Shown: positions 39,682-49,136, counted from the first letter of the stretch. The stretch is DNA of 64,000 nt from a bacterium (GCA_021463465.1 JAJTYH010000003.1:211549-275548); one strand, 5' to 3'. The notes: generated from the letters alone by a model not told the origin. Numbers and translations are program-made.

Positions 39682-40986
39682 TTAATTTGCTGTTAAGTGA
39701 TTTTCGAGCTCCTCAATTTTTACTCTTACCTGTTCCATAGTGTCTCGATCTCTTACCGTTACGGTATTATCCTCTAAAGTCTGGTAATCAATGGTTATAC
39801 ATTTAGGGGTTCCGATCTCATCTTGATACCTGTACCGTTTTCCTATATTACCTCTGTCATCGTAAACTACTTTCAACTTCTTTCTAATTTGTGTGTAGAG
39901 TTCATGAGCCTTTTCAGTAATATCCTTTTTGTTTGCAACGAGTGGGAATATAGCGGCCTTGTATGCTGCAACATCAGGGTTGAGTTTTAGTACAGTTCGG
40001 GATTCGCCATTTTCGAGCTTCTCTTCTTCGTAAGCATCAAAGAGTAGGAAGAGGAAGGTTCGGTCAACTCCTCCAGAGGTTTCAACAATCCAAGGTAGGT
40101 ATTTTTCGTTGGTCTTAGGGTCTGTGTAAGACAGGTCTTTACCCGAAAATTTGGAGTGTTGTGTTAAATCATAATCTCCACGCCAGTGTATCCCTTCATT
40201 TTCAGCCCACCCCCAAGGGGTTTTGTATTCAATATCAAATGCGACCTTAGCGTAGAAAGCTAATTCATCTTCTGGATGTTGTCTGAATCTCAAGCTATCA
40301 TGTTTGCGGTAGAGATGCTTGAAGAAATTCATTCTCTCTTCTTTCCAGTATTCATACCATTTCTCCATTTCAGACTGATGAACGAAGAACTGGAGATCCC
40401 ATTGTTCGAATTCTCTGGCTCGGTAAAAAAGTTTGCCTGGGGTAATCTCATTACGAAATGCCTTCCCAATTTGTGCAATACCAAACGGAACTTGAACTCT
40501 TGAGGAATCAACTACGTTTTTGAAATCTAAATAGATAGTTTGGCAAGCCTCAGCTTTAAGATATGCTTCCATTTTTTCACCTTCCACTACACCTATTTCA
40601 GTCTTGAACATGAGATTGTACTTTTTAGGAGTGGTAAGTTCACCTTTACACTCAGGGCATTCCTTGGCAAAGTCGATCAAGTCAGGTCTGAATCTTTTGT
40701 GACACTTCTTACACTCAACCAATTGATCGTTGAAGTTTTTGATATGCCCTGATGCTTCCCAAACTTTAGGATGAGTGATGATAGTACCGTCTATACCTAC
40801 AACGTTATCTCGGTCGTCTACCATATACTTCCACCATAGTCTTTTGAGGTTGTTTTTCATCTCAACACCGACGGGTCCGTAATCAAAGAAACCTCCGACT
40901 CCTCCATAGATTTCGGAATTGGGGAATATGATCCCTCTGCGTTTAGCTAATGCGGTAATTTTTGCGAGCAAATCATTCTCTTGCAT
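39682..40986 (-). CDS. glyQS: glycyl-tRNA synthetase, α2 (eukaryote/archaea-like) type
   Basis: IFPNSEIYGGVGGFFDYGPVG N-terminus typical of dimeric GlyRS. Confidence 0.9.
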   Translation of the reverse strand: MQENDLLAKITALAKRRGIIFPNSEIYGGVGGFFDYGPVGVEMKNNLKRLWWKYMVDDRDNVVGIDGTIITHPKVWEASGHIKNFNDQLVECKKCHKRFRPDLIDFAKECPECKGELTTPKKYNLMFKTEIGVVEGEKMEAYLKAEACQTIYLDFKNVVDSSRVQVPFGIAQIGKAFRNEITPGKLFYRAREFEQWDLQFFVHQSEMEKWYEYWKEERMNFFKHLYRKHDSLRFRQHPEDELAFYAKVAFDIEYKTPWGWAENEGIHWRGDYDLTQHSKFSGKDLSYTDPKTNEKYLPWIVETSGGVDRTFLFLLFDAYEEEKLENGESRTVLKLNPDVAAYKAAIFPLVANKKDITEKAHELYTQIRKKLKVVYDDRGNIGKRYRYQDEIGTPKCITIDYQTLEDNTVTVRDRDTMEQVRVKIEELENHLTAN

Positions 40987-41087
40987 ATTGGGAAGTATAT
41001 CACCATGATAAAGGAAGTGTCACTTGTTTAGTTTAAAAAAAAGAGCTAAATTGGACTAATCGAGTTTATTTGTTGTACTGGTTAATT

Positions 41088-41582
41088 ATGTCAGAATTAT
41101 TTCCAAAAGAAATAAACGAATCAGAGGCTGTTACGCCGCCTAATCGTTTTGCGTTGGCTGCAAATAAAGCCCTGTCTAAGGTTTGGGAAGTGGTAAAAGA
41201 CGATGTAAAGTTTGCAATAAACACAACATATGGTTCTTTTTTGAAAACCGGTGAGACCTTTGTTGGTGCAGCTGTAGTCGGTGCTGGGACAGTCATTGAT
41301 AGGTCTCCTGATATATTAAGAATTTTAGGATTAGGGTTTGCCATAAATCTTTTACCTTCGGTTGAAACGGCAGCACAGGGAGCTATGGTATTGACGATAT
41401 CAGGCGCTCTCGCTGGAATGGGAAGTTTAATGGAAAGAGCTTTAGAATTTGGACCAATTAACTTGAGAGAAAAGTTTGGCCGAGATTTAGTAGATACTGG
41501 TATTAATATAATGACACTTAATCCTTTAAGTGGCCCAGTTATGGCGGGGAAGATACTGGAGGGGGAAAAGTTAGATGAATAA
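41088..41582 (+). CDS. hypothetical protein
   Basis: Chosen over the low-complexity antisense ORF because its stop overlaps the next gene's start (ATGAATAA). Confidence 0.35.
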   Translation: MSELFPKEINESEAVTPPNRFALAANKALSKVWEVVKDDVKFAINTTYGSFLKTGETFVGAAVVGAGTVIDRSPDILRILGLGFAINLLPSVETAAQGAMVLTISGALAGMGSLMERALEFGPINLREKFGRDLVDTGINIMTLNPLSGPVMAGKILEGEKLDE

Positions 41583-41931
41583 AGAATACAAGATTGTTTT
41601 AACCTTATTAGGGTTGTCTGCTGAAGAAGTCGTGCATTTTTCAACTGAACTTGAGAAAGCTGGTAGTATGCTTGCACTTAAGAATTTTCGAGAACTTGTA
41701 CAACCTCAATTGCAAAGCCAGTTTGATTTAGATATAGCTAATTCCAAAACAATTGGAGATCTTTCAAACTTATACAAAAAGTATGGATTAAGATTAGAAC
41801 AATTTGAGGAATGCCAGAAAAGTGCTCACAAAGAAACAATTGAAAAGTTTGTGCGGCATTTTTTGCAAGAGTTACCAGAAAAAGAAAGGAATGAGTTGCA
41901 AACTAAAATGAGAGCGATTTTTAAAACCTAG
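41575..41931 (+). CDS. hypothetical protein
   Basis: 118-aa ORF with 8-nt overlap to the previous gene. Confidence 0.4.
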   Translation: MNKEYKIVLTLLGLSAEEVVHFSTELEKAGSMLALKNFRELVQPQLQSQFDLDIANSKTIGDLSNLYKKYGLRLEQFEECQKSAHKETIEKFVRHFLQELPEKERNELQTKMRAIFKT

Positions 41932-41965
41932 ATTTTGTGAGGAATGTGGCATATAATTCCGCATT

Positions 41966-42825
41966 ATGTTGTATATTCTTCCTCTTCTTGTTGGTGTTTT
42001 TTACGGAATTGGAGGGCTTTTAAATAAAAAAGTCGCAAATTTAGTCGATAACCCCGTATTATCATCTCTTTTATTTAATGTTTTTACATGGCTATTTGCA
42101 TTACCGTTTATTTTTCTGATTTATATACTGGCGGCATACGCATTTCTGATCAATCTAGTGACTGGTTTTATCTTGTAATTAGTGGCATTCTGACACTCTT
42201 TAGCTTCTGGGGACTTTTTAAAAGCATGAGAGAACTGCCAGTGTCAGAGCAGATTTTATTAAGTCGAGCCTCTGTAATCACATATACATTGGGTGGTTTT
42301 ATAATTTTGGGAGAGAATGTTACAAGGAATTCGCTGTTGGGGATAATGTTAATCATATTAGGAATCCTACTTTCATCTATACGTAAAGAGAAGTTAGTTT
42401 TTAATAAATGGGTTATCATTCAACTCCTATCTAGTATTAGTTTTGGATTATCAGTAATGATTGACAAAGTTGTTAGTCCAAACTTTTCTGTTGGTATGTA
42501 CACTTTAGTTAATATTGGAATTACAACAGTTTTTATTCTTGGATGGTCTTACTACACTAAATCAATAAATGAGATACACAAAGTGCCTAAAGAGTATATT
42601 AAATTTATAGCAATTGCAGGGGCATTCAGTGTTACCGCATATTTCTTGCAAATTAAAAGTTATGAATTAGGGGGATTAGTATCTTTAGTCGGAGCTTTAA
42701 GTCAAGTGAAGATAATCGTTGTTGTTCTTGGTGGGTATTTTATTTTCAATGAAAAATCCAACGTTATTACTAAACTTTTGGGAGTAATTACAGTACTGAT
42801 AGGGGTTGTTTTGATAAAAACCTAG
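41966..42825 (+). pseudogene. DMT/EamA-family transporter interrupted by a -1 frameshift in a T4 run (42166-42169)
   Basis: ORF 41966-42178 (TM helices) and ORF 42088-42825 (EamA-like TMs) are consecutive parts of one about 290-aa transporter; adding one T restores ...LVTGFFYLVISGILTLF... Confidence 0.55.
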
Positions 42826-42849
42826 TTAGACTATTATAGGTCTAAGGGG

Positions 42850-42855
42850 TATAAT
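42850..42855 (+). promoter_or_regulatory. -10 box (AAGGGGTATAAT) for the downstream paralogue gene
   Basis: TATAAT preceded by AAGGGG; nearly the same AAGGAGTATAAT lies at 43597-43608 before the second paralogue. Confidence 0.35.
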
Positions 42856-42867
42856 CACATCACATAT

Positions 42868-43551
42868 GTGTGCAGTAAGTTTATCTTTCCTTTTAAAATG
42901 TATACCTATAGACACTATACAGATACTAAACAGCAAATAGATTTAAACCAAAGAAGATGGGCTTATATTTGGGGGCGGTACTCTGAAGCTGAAAAGAAGG
43001 TCATGAATCTTAACACACATGGGTTTTTGCAAAGAGTTGTTAACAATTTATTTTGTGAGCAAGTATTAAATGATGTGTCTGACAAGGCTCATGCCAATGG
43101 AATTGATTCGGCATATGAGGAGGTTCTTTTAAATAGTCTTGAAATAGTTAATGGATTAATGACATCTGGCCCTGCATTTAAACCAGGAGTTTATCAGGAG
43201 GTAGTTGAGAAATATCAAGGAATAGAAATTTATATTCCTAATCCTGAAGATGTTTTAGAGCCGTCAAGGGATTTTTTAATTTTCTCTACACAAGATTTTG
43301 TTTTGGTTTTCGAAAATATTGATTATCTACGTTCAGTAGGACTCACAATCATAGAAAAAGGTCCAGATTTTGATTTAAATCAGGTTTTAAGAAATAAAAC
43401 CGAAAGAGTGGAAGAGGAAAAGGATTTTTTCGAACCTATGAATACTGGTGAACCAAAACGTTACTGTATACCAGTTGTACTCTCTAATAAGCTTAGACTA
43501 GATGAAACTGCCGGCATTAAAGCGCATGTCTCACATGTTTCAACAATCTAA
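42868..43551 (+). CDS. hypothetical protein, paralogue A
   Basis: Shares diverged but alignable blocks with the next gene (HGFLQRVV / HGFLALIA; GIEIYIPNPEDV / GIDLWVPTEKEM; VLVFENIDY / VLVYDRDFH). Confidence 0.45.
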   Translation: MCSKFIFPFKMYTYRHYTDTKQQIDLNQRRWAYIWGRYSEAEKKVMNLNTHGFLQRVVNNLFCEQVLNDVSDKAHANGIDSAYEEVLLNSLEIVNGLMTSGPAFKPGVYQEVVEKYQGIEIYIPNPEDVLEPSRDFLIFSTQDFVLVFENIDYLRSVGLTIIEKGPDFDLNQVLRNKTERVEEEKDFFEPMNTGEPKRYCIPVVLSNKLRLDETAGIKAHVSHVSTI

Positions 43552-43634
43552 AATGTGATAAACATTTATTCCCCGAGTCTATACACTATAGGATCCAAGG
43601 AGTATAATAGATAAATAAAATTTTTCTAATTGCT

Positions 43635-44249
43635 ATGACAATTCAGAATAGACCACATCAATCAAGCTTCAAAGAGGGAATCTCTGCCCTTTTGGGCTTT
43701 ACCGATGTAGTTAAGGATGTAGCAGTATTGGACACAGTTACTATCTTGAAAGAACACGGTTTTTTAGCCTTAATTGCTAGATATACCAATGATGAAAGAT
43801 TGGATGCATTACTTAGGAAGTTTGACTCATTACAAGATGCTGATGATCAATATAATGTGCTAGAAGGTCTGTTACGAAGTAGCGCAATGATGCTAGAAAG
43901 ACTTGCAGAACCTGGGAGTTCTACTTCTCTTCAGGAGAATATTGATTATCTCAATGAAGAATTCGAAGGCATTGACTTGTGGGTTCCAACAGAGAAGGAA
44001 ATGCCAAATTCTTATGAAGACAACTTAGTTGTAACTTCTCGTTTATATCCAGGCGTTGTATTAGTTTATGATCGAGATTTTCATCAGGATCTATTACTGC
44101 ATGTTTTAACGGTTGATGAATCTTTTAGCCCCAAATCTTTTTTTGAGGAAAAGAAAAATAGCCATACTTTTGGTGATATGAAGACCTTTAAAGGCGTTAA
44201 GTCTGTTATAAGGTATGGATTTAAAGACGAAACGGCTGATGTTTTGTAA
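43635..44249 (+). CDS. hypothetical protein, paralogue B
   Basis: See paralogue A. Confidence 0.45.
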   Translation: MTIQNRPHQSSFKEGISALLGFTDVVKDVAVLDTVTILKEHGFLALIARYTNDERLDALLRKFDSLQDADDQYNVLEGLLRSSAMMLERLAEPGSSTSLQENIDYLNEEFEGIDLWVPTEKEMPNSYEDNLVVTSRLYPGVVLVYDRDFHQDLLLHVLTVDESFSPKSFFEEKKNSHTFGDMKTFKGVKSVIRYGFKDETADVL

Positions 44250-44265
44250 TACTCGTGTGACTTTG

Positions 44266-44513
44266 TGCTATAATCTCCTTGCAATGATAAGGAAAGAATA
44301 GGGCTAATCCATTGAAGTGAACTCTGTTAAGTGAAAAAGAGAAATGGAACTCATATTCTAAAGACCTTGAGCATCTGGAAGAAATCGCTTGCGAAAGTAG
44401 AACCAGACGTCGTCCTCACGACATAGAGGGAATGAGTAAAATTGAAGGTGGTACCGTGTTTATGACACCCTTCGTAAGTGATAGTAACCCTGTCATTTAC
44501 GAGGGGTGTTTTT
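44266..44513 (+). promoter_or_regulatory. T-box riboswitch leader (Lys) with promoter, antiterminator and terminator, upstream of lysS
   Basis: Extended -10 TGCTATAAT (44266-44274); T-box sequence AATTGAAGGTGGTACCGTG (44442-44458); antiterminator A1 GAAGG/CCTTC, 7-nt bulge TGGTACC, A2 GTG/CAC; overlapping terminator CACCCTTCGTAA/TTACGAGGGGTG + TTTTT (44466-44513). Confidence 0.6.
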
Positions 44514-44532
44514 AATTTTATTATTGACGACA

Positions 44533-46500
44533 ATGCAAGACTCACAAAGTTCACTTATCGGACAACGTTCAGGGAGACTTGAGAAGGTCAAGCGACTCCG
44601 AGAAATGGAGATTGACCCTTATCCCAGCGGATCTAAAAAGCAGGTAGCTAATTCTGAAGTAGTAAATGATTACGAAAAGTATAAAGACCAGAAGGTTGTC
44701 CTTACTGGCCGCCTTATGTCATGGCGTGAGCATGGGCACATCATCTTTGGTCATATTCAGGATGACAGTGGTAGGATTCAGCTTTATCTGAAAGATGAAG
44801 TATATCCGGTTAAAACCAGTAAGAATAAAATCGGTTGGAAGGATTTCGACCTGATTGATGTTGGTGATTTCCTCCAAGTTACTGGGACTGTCACTAAAAC
44901 TAATACAGGAGAAGTCTCTCTTTTGGTTGAAGCTATTGTTATTCTCACCAAAGCAATTAGGCCTTTGCCTGAGAAGTGGCATGGGATTGCTGATAAAGAG
45001 ATGAGGTATCGACGCAGATATTTGGATATGACGATGAATCCGGATGTGCGTGAGCGATTTAAAAGAAGATCTCAATTCTGGACAGCATTTAGGGAATTCA
45101 TGAACAAGAATGGCTTTTGGGAAGTTAATATCCCTGTACTTGAACATGTGACAGGTGGAGCTGATGCTAAACCTTTTGTTACTCACTACGATGCATTGGA
45201 TCAGGATTTCTACTTACGGATTTCGCATGAACTCCCTCTTAAAAGACTCCTAGGTGCGGGCTTTGAAAAAGTTTATGACATTGGAGCAAGATTCCGAAAT
45301 GAAGGCTTTAGTGATGAACATCTACCCGAGCATGTCGCCATGGAATTTTACTGGGCATATGCAGATATGGAAGACGGAATGAAATTCACCAAAGAAATGT
45401 TCCGATTCGTAATGGAAAAAGTTTATGGAAAGTTGAAGTTTAATGTTAAAGGTTTTGAGGTAGACTTGAGTAAGGAATGGGAGGTAATTAGTTATCCGGA
45501 AATCATTAGCGATCGATTCGGAATCGATGTATATTCAGAACCGATTGAAAATCTACGCAAGATTTTGCGTGAAAATGGTTTGGATTTAGGTAGTGGAGTG
45601 AATCGCAATAGGGCGATCGATAATCTTTGGAAGCTTATTCGTAAAGATATTGGAGGCCCAGCATTCATTACAAATGTGCCAAAGTTTCTTTCTCCGCTTG
45701 CTAAGTCAAATACGGAAAATCCTTTGTATACAGATCGATTTTTCTTACTAATTGCTGGAAGCGAGTTGGCTAATGCCTTCTCAGAATTGAACGATCCGGT
45801 CGATCAATTAGAGAGGTTTGTAGAGCAACAAGAAATTAGAGGGGGGGGAGATGAAGAGGCACAAATGATGGATATAGATTTTGTAGAAATGTTGGAGTGG
45901 GGCATGCCACCTGCGTTAGGCTTGGGTATTTCTGAAAGAGTCTTCTGGTACTTTGAAGATGTAACAGCAAGGGAGGGAGTTCCGTTTCCACAACTTAAGA
46001 GTGAAGTTGATACAAACACACAGAAAATATATTCCGACATTATGAAATATATTGATGAAGGAGTATTGGACGATAACCGAATTCAGGATTCAACTCGCAA
46101 GATTGTTGTTGTCATTGATGAAAAACTCAGGGGGTGGCAACTCGCTAACACAGTTGGTCACATCAGTGGGTATTTAGGAAACCATATTGAACATGACCAA
46201 TTCTTTACTCGAAAGCAATTCAAATTAAAAGATGCGTTAATTAATGCTAATTCACAGTATGCGATTGTCGTTTTGACGGCAAAACAGTCACAACTACATA
46301 AATTGCTTGACCAGGTCAGAGAGAAGAGATTAAAACATCTGGCGTATATTCAAGAGATGATTGATTATACGGATGATAATAAGTTGCAGAAAAGTGTAGA
46401 AAGTCAGAATCTGGCTGATGTAGACCTTTTAGGTGTAGGTATGTTTGGAACTAAAATTGAACTAGATGCTTTGACTAAGAAATTTAGCTTGCTTAAGTAG
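44533..46500 (+). CDS. lysS: lysyl-tRNA synthetase (class II) fused to a C-terminal PTH2/DUF2000-like domain
   Basis: OB anticodon-binding domain, class II motifs (FRNEG, GGGDEEAQMMDIDFVEMLEWGMPPALGLGISER); extra about 170 aa resembling PTH2 (KIVVVIDEKL...GH..., LLGVGMFGTKIELDALTKKFSLL). Confidence 0.85.
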   Translation: MQDSQSSLIGQRSGRLEKVKRLREMEIDPYPSGSKKQVANSEVVNDYEKYKDQKVVLTGRLMSWREHGHIIFGHIQDDSGRIQLYLKDEVYPVKTSKNKIGWKDFDLIDVGDFLQVTGTVTKTNTGEVSLLVEAIVILTKAIRPLPEKWHGIADKEMRYRRRYLDMTMNPDVRERFKRRSQFWTAFREFMNKNGFWEVNIPVLEHVTGGADAKPFVTHYDALDQDFYLRISHELPLKRLLGAGFEKVYDIGARFRNEGFSDEHLPEHVAMEFYWAYADMEDGMKFTKEMFRFVMEKVYGKLKFNVKGFEVDLSKEWEVISYPEIISDRFGIDVYSEPIENLRKILRENGLDLGSGVNRNRAIDNLWKLIRKDIGGPAFITNVPKFLSPLAKSNTENPLYTDRFFLLIAGSELANAFSELNDPVDQLERFVEQQEIRGGGDEEAQMMDIDFVEMLEWGMPPALGLGISERVFWYFEDVTAREGVPFPQLKSEVDTNTQKIYSDIMKYIDEGVLDDNRIQDSTRKIVVVIDEKLRGWQLANTVGHISGYLGNHIEHDQFFTRKQFKLKDALINANSQYAIVVLTAKQSQLHKLLDQVREKRLKHLAYIQEMIDYTDDNKLQKSVESQNLADVDLLGVGMFGTKIELDALTKKFSLLK

Positions 46501-46501
46501 T

Positions 46502-46807
46502 ATGGATTCAATACAGGATCTGATATCCCAAAAGCGTGAAGAACTTAAAGAAGGCTTATTGAAAAGGAAAAAACATATTACTACTGAACATCAGGATTAC
46601 GGTTACCGTTTGGCCTTAAAGCTTTGTGATATGGGTCATAAATCGTTGTACATGAAATTAGCTAAGGAGAAGCCTCGTGTGCTTTTGGAACAAGCTTTCA
46701 GTTTCGCGATTGACTATCCTAATGCTACGCCTAACAAAGGTAGACTTTTTATGTGGAAACTGAAACAATTAGAACAAGCAAATGGCAATACTAGTAAGCA
46801 ATCCTAA
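46502..46807 (+). CDS. hypothetical protein
   Basis: 101-aa ORF. Confidence 0.35.
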   Translation: MDSIQDLISQKREELKEGLLKRKKHITTEHQDYGYRLALKLCDMGHKSLYMKLAKEKPRVLLEQAFSFAIDYPNATPNKGRLFMWKLKQLEQANGNTSKQS

Positions 46808-47600
46808 ACAGTTCCTAAATGTCCTCTATCAGGAGATGAAGATGTATGTGAGCAGCGAGCTCGCATACCGTTGGCAGATTTTTGTATGGGTAATCTCAGA
46901 TGCTTTACAACCTTTGATTTTGGGTGTGGTGTGGGCGGCTGTTGCCAAAGAAGGAGGATTACTCTCTGTAAATCAAGTAATTACATATTTTTTTCTAGTA
47001 TCGGTTGTTTCCAAGTTGACCAAGGATTGGTCGGTTATTTATGTTAGTAATATCGTAGTATCGGGTGAGTTTTCTAAATATCTGGTAAAGCCATTTAATT
47101 ATTTAGCTGAAACGTTAGGTATCAGTTTGGGAGCAAGAGTGCTTAGGCTCTTAATGCTCGTACCCCTCTTAGGTATTGCTTACTTTGTACTCAAGGATTA
47201 CTTGGTTATTAATTGGGGTCATGATCGTTTTATGTTATTTTTAATTTCTTTGATTTTTGCATTCCTCATAAACTACCTCTTGGGTAATACTTTTGCATTG
47301 ATAAGTTTCTTTATTAACCAGATAGTTGGGCTTCGAACTTTCTATGAACACGCAGTGATTTTCCTCTCAGGTGAGGGTATCCCTTTGGTGGCTTTCCCCA
47401 GTTGGGCTAAATATTTCATTGAGATTTTACCTTTTCGTTATACTGTGTCATTTCCAATTGAGATCATTACAGGTTCAATATCAGGAAGGGAGATAGGTTA
47501 TGGCTTTGTGATTGCGGGATTTTGGATGGTAGTTTTAATAGTTCTCTATAAAGTGCTTTTCAGATTAGCTATAAAAAAATATGAAGCTTACGGTATTTAA
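46782..47600 (+). CDS. ABC-2-type transporter permease-like membrane protein
   Basis: 6 TM helices; pattern similar to the following paralogue. Confidence 0.4.
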   Translation: MAILVSNPKQFLNVLYQEMKMYVSSELAYRWQIFVWVISDALQPLILGVVWAAVAKEGGLLSVNQVITYFFLVSVVSKLTKDWSVIYVSNIVVSGEFSKYLVKPFNYLAETLGISLGARVLRLLMLVPLLGIAYFVLKDYLVINWGHDRFMLFLISLIFAFLINYLLGNTFALISFFINQIVGLRTFYEHAVIFLSGEGIPLVAFPSWAKYFIEILPFRYTVSFPIEIITGSISGREIGYGFVIAGFWMVVLIVLYKVLFRLAIKKYEAYGI

Positions 47601-48390
47601 AACGATAAAGTATTATTTGAATGTCTGGTGGGCTACATTTAAACTTAGCCTGAGTAAAGCAACAACCTATCGAATTGAAGTTGTGATGAGATTTCTGCGA
47701 GGAGTAATGCTTGTGGCTATTCAGATTATTTTCATCCAAGCAGTCATTGGAGACAGTGATAACATTGCTGGATGGAGTGAAGATCAGATGTATCTACTTT
47801 CTGGTGTTTTCAGTTTCATCAACTACATATCATGGGCCTTCTTCGCCATCAATCACTGGAGGATTGAAGAAAAAATTCTCAAAGGGGAGTTTGATGCTGT
47901 ATTGATGAAACCAATGTCTTCAATTTTCTCAGCTTCTTTCCCAGACTTTTTCATTGATGAAGCTATTACCGCTATCTCTGGAGTGTTTTTGATTTTGTAC
48001 TATGTCGCTCGTAATTTTACGACCTTAACTCTTGAGGGGACTGTCTTTGGAGTAATAGCTATGATTTGTGGATTTGTAGTTTGGTTTAGCCTTGAGCTTA
48101 TATTTGCTAGTTTTGACTTCTTACAAGTGAAGAATGGTTTGAGAGAGATTAAGAAAAATCTGACTAATGCAGGTCGATTTCCTCTTGAGATTTGGAATCC
48201 TAATGTACGTTTTGTCTTCTACTCACTTTTCCCAATTGCATTTGTTTCGACTGTTCCCGCTGGTTTAATTGCGGGTCTTTTTAACTGGCAGTACTTAGTG
48301 CTTTCTGTCTTAGTTACTTCCGTTCTTTTTCTTGTCGCTCGAACTTTTTGGAATCTTAGTATTCGTAATTATGCGAGTGGCGGAAATTAG
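47581..48390 (+). CDS. ABC-2-type transporter permease-like membrane protein
   Basis: 6 TM helices; tandem with the previous gene. Confidence 0.4.
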   Translation: MKLTVFKTIKYYLNVWWATFKLSLSKATTYRIEVVMRFLRGVMLVAIQIIFIQAVIGDSDNIAGWSEDQMYLLSGVFSFINYISWAFFAINHWRIEEKILKGEFDAVLMKPMSSIFSASFPDFFIDEAITAISGVFLILYYVARNFTTLTLEGTVFGVIAMICGFVVWFSLELIFASFDFLQVKNGLREIKKNLTNAGRFPLEIWNPNVRFVFYSLFPIAFVSTVPAGLIAGLFNWQYLVLSVLVTSVLFLVARTFWNLSIRNYASGGN

Positions 48391-48505
48391 TAATCAAAGA
48401 TTATCTCAAAGGCATTACAGTTGAATTGGAATTAGTGTGGATAGAGGGAAATCCTCCTGAAAAAGTAGTACAATCCCTTGAGATTTTAAATGATAAGTAA
48501 AACAT

Positions 48506-49060
48506 ATGTTAACTAGACAAAGAGCTTATGAACTTGTTGTCGAACATACGCAAAATAAAAACCTCATTAAGCATATGCTTGCCGTCGAGGCAGCTATGAG
48601 AGCATATGCTAAAAAGTTTGGAGAAAATGAAGAGAAGTATGCCGCCTTAGGACTCTCGCACGATTTTGATTATGAAAAAATGAAGGAACAGCATCCTTCA
48701 CAGTGGGGATATGATCTGCTAAAGGCAGAAGGTGCTGATGAAGACCTAATTCAAGGGATAGTGGGACATGCCGAACGGGAGAACACAGCTTCTAGAAAAA
48801 ATAATATGCATAGAGCATTATTTGCAGTTGACGAATTGACGGGATTTATTGTCGCTTACGCTTTGATGAAACCAAACCAAATCTCTGATGTTACTGTTGA
48901 AAGCATTATTAAGAAGTTCAAAGACAAGGCTTTTGCTAAAGGTGTTAATCGTGACGACATAACAAACGGAGCTGCTGAACTTGGCGTCTCACTTGAAGAG
49001 CATGTATCCATAGTTCTAGAGGCAATGAGAGGGATTAAGGAAGATTTAGGACTCCGATAG
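48506..49060 (+). CDS. HD-domain phosphohydrolase
   Basis: HMLAVE...LSHDFDYEK HD motif. Confidence 0.65.
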   Translation: MLTRQRAYELVVEHTQNKNLIKHMLAVEAAMRAYAKKFGENEEKYAALGLSHDFDYEKMKEQHPSQWGYDLLKAEGADEDLIQGIVGHAERENTASRKNNMHRALFAVDELTGFIVAYALMKPNQISDVTVESIIKKFKDKAFAKGVNRDDITNGAAELGVSLEEHVSIVLEAMRGIKEDLGLR

Positions 49061-49136
49061 CCATTGCGGACAATTTTGATATATAATCAGGATAAAAATG
49101 GTATATAGATTGAAATTAACATCACGCTCATCTTCA

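Noticed and set aside
41066-41677. 203-aa minus-strand ORF overlapping the + strand ORFs 41088-41582
   Set aside because: Low-complexity, Ser/Pro/Ala-rich translation. The + strand ORFs show operon-like start/stop coupling with the next gene.
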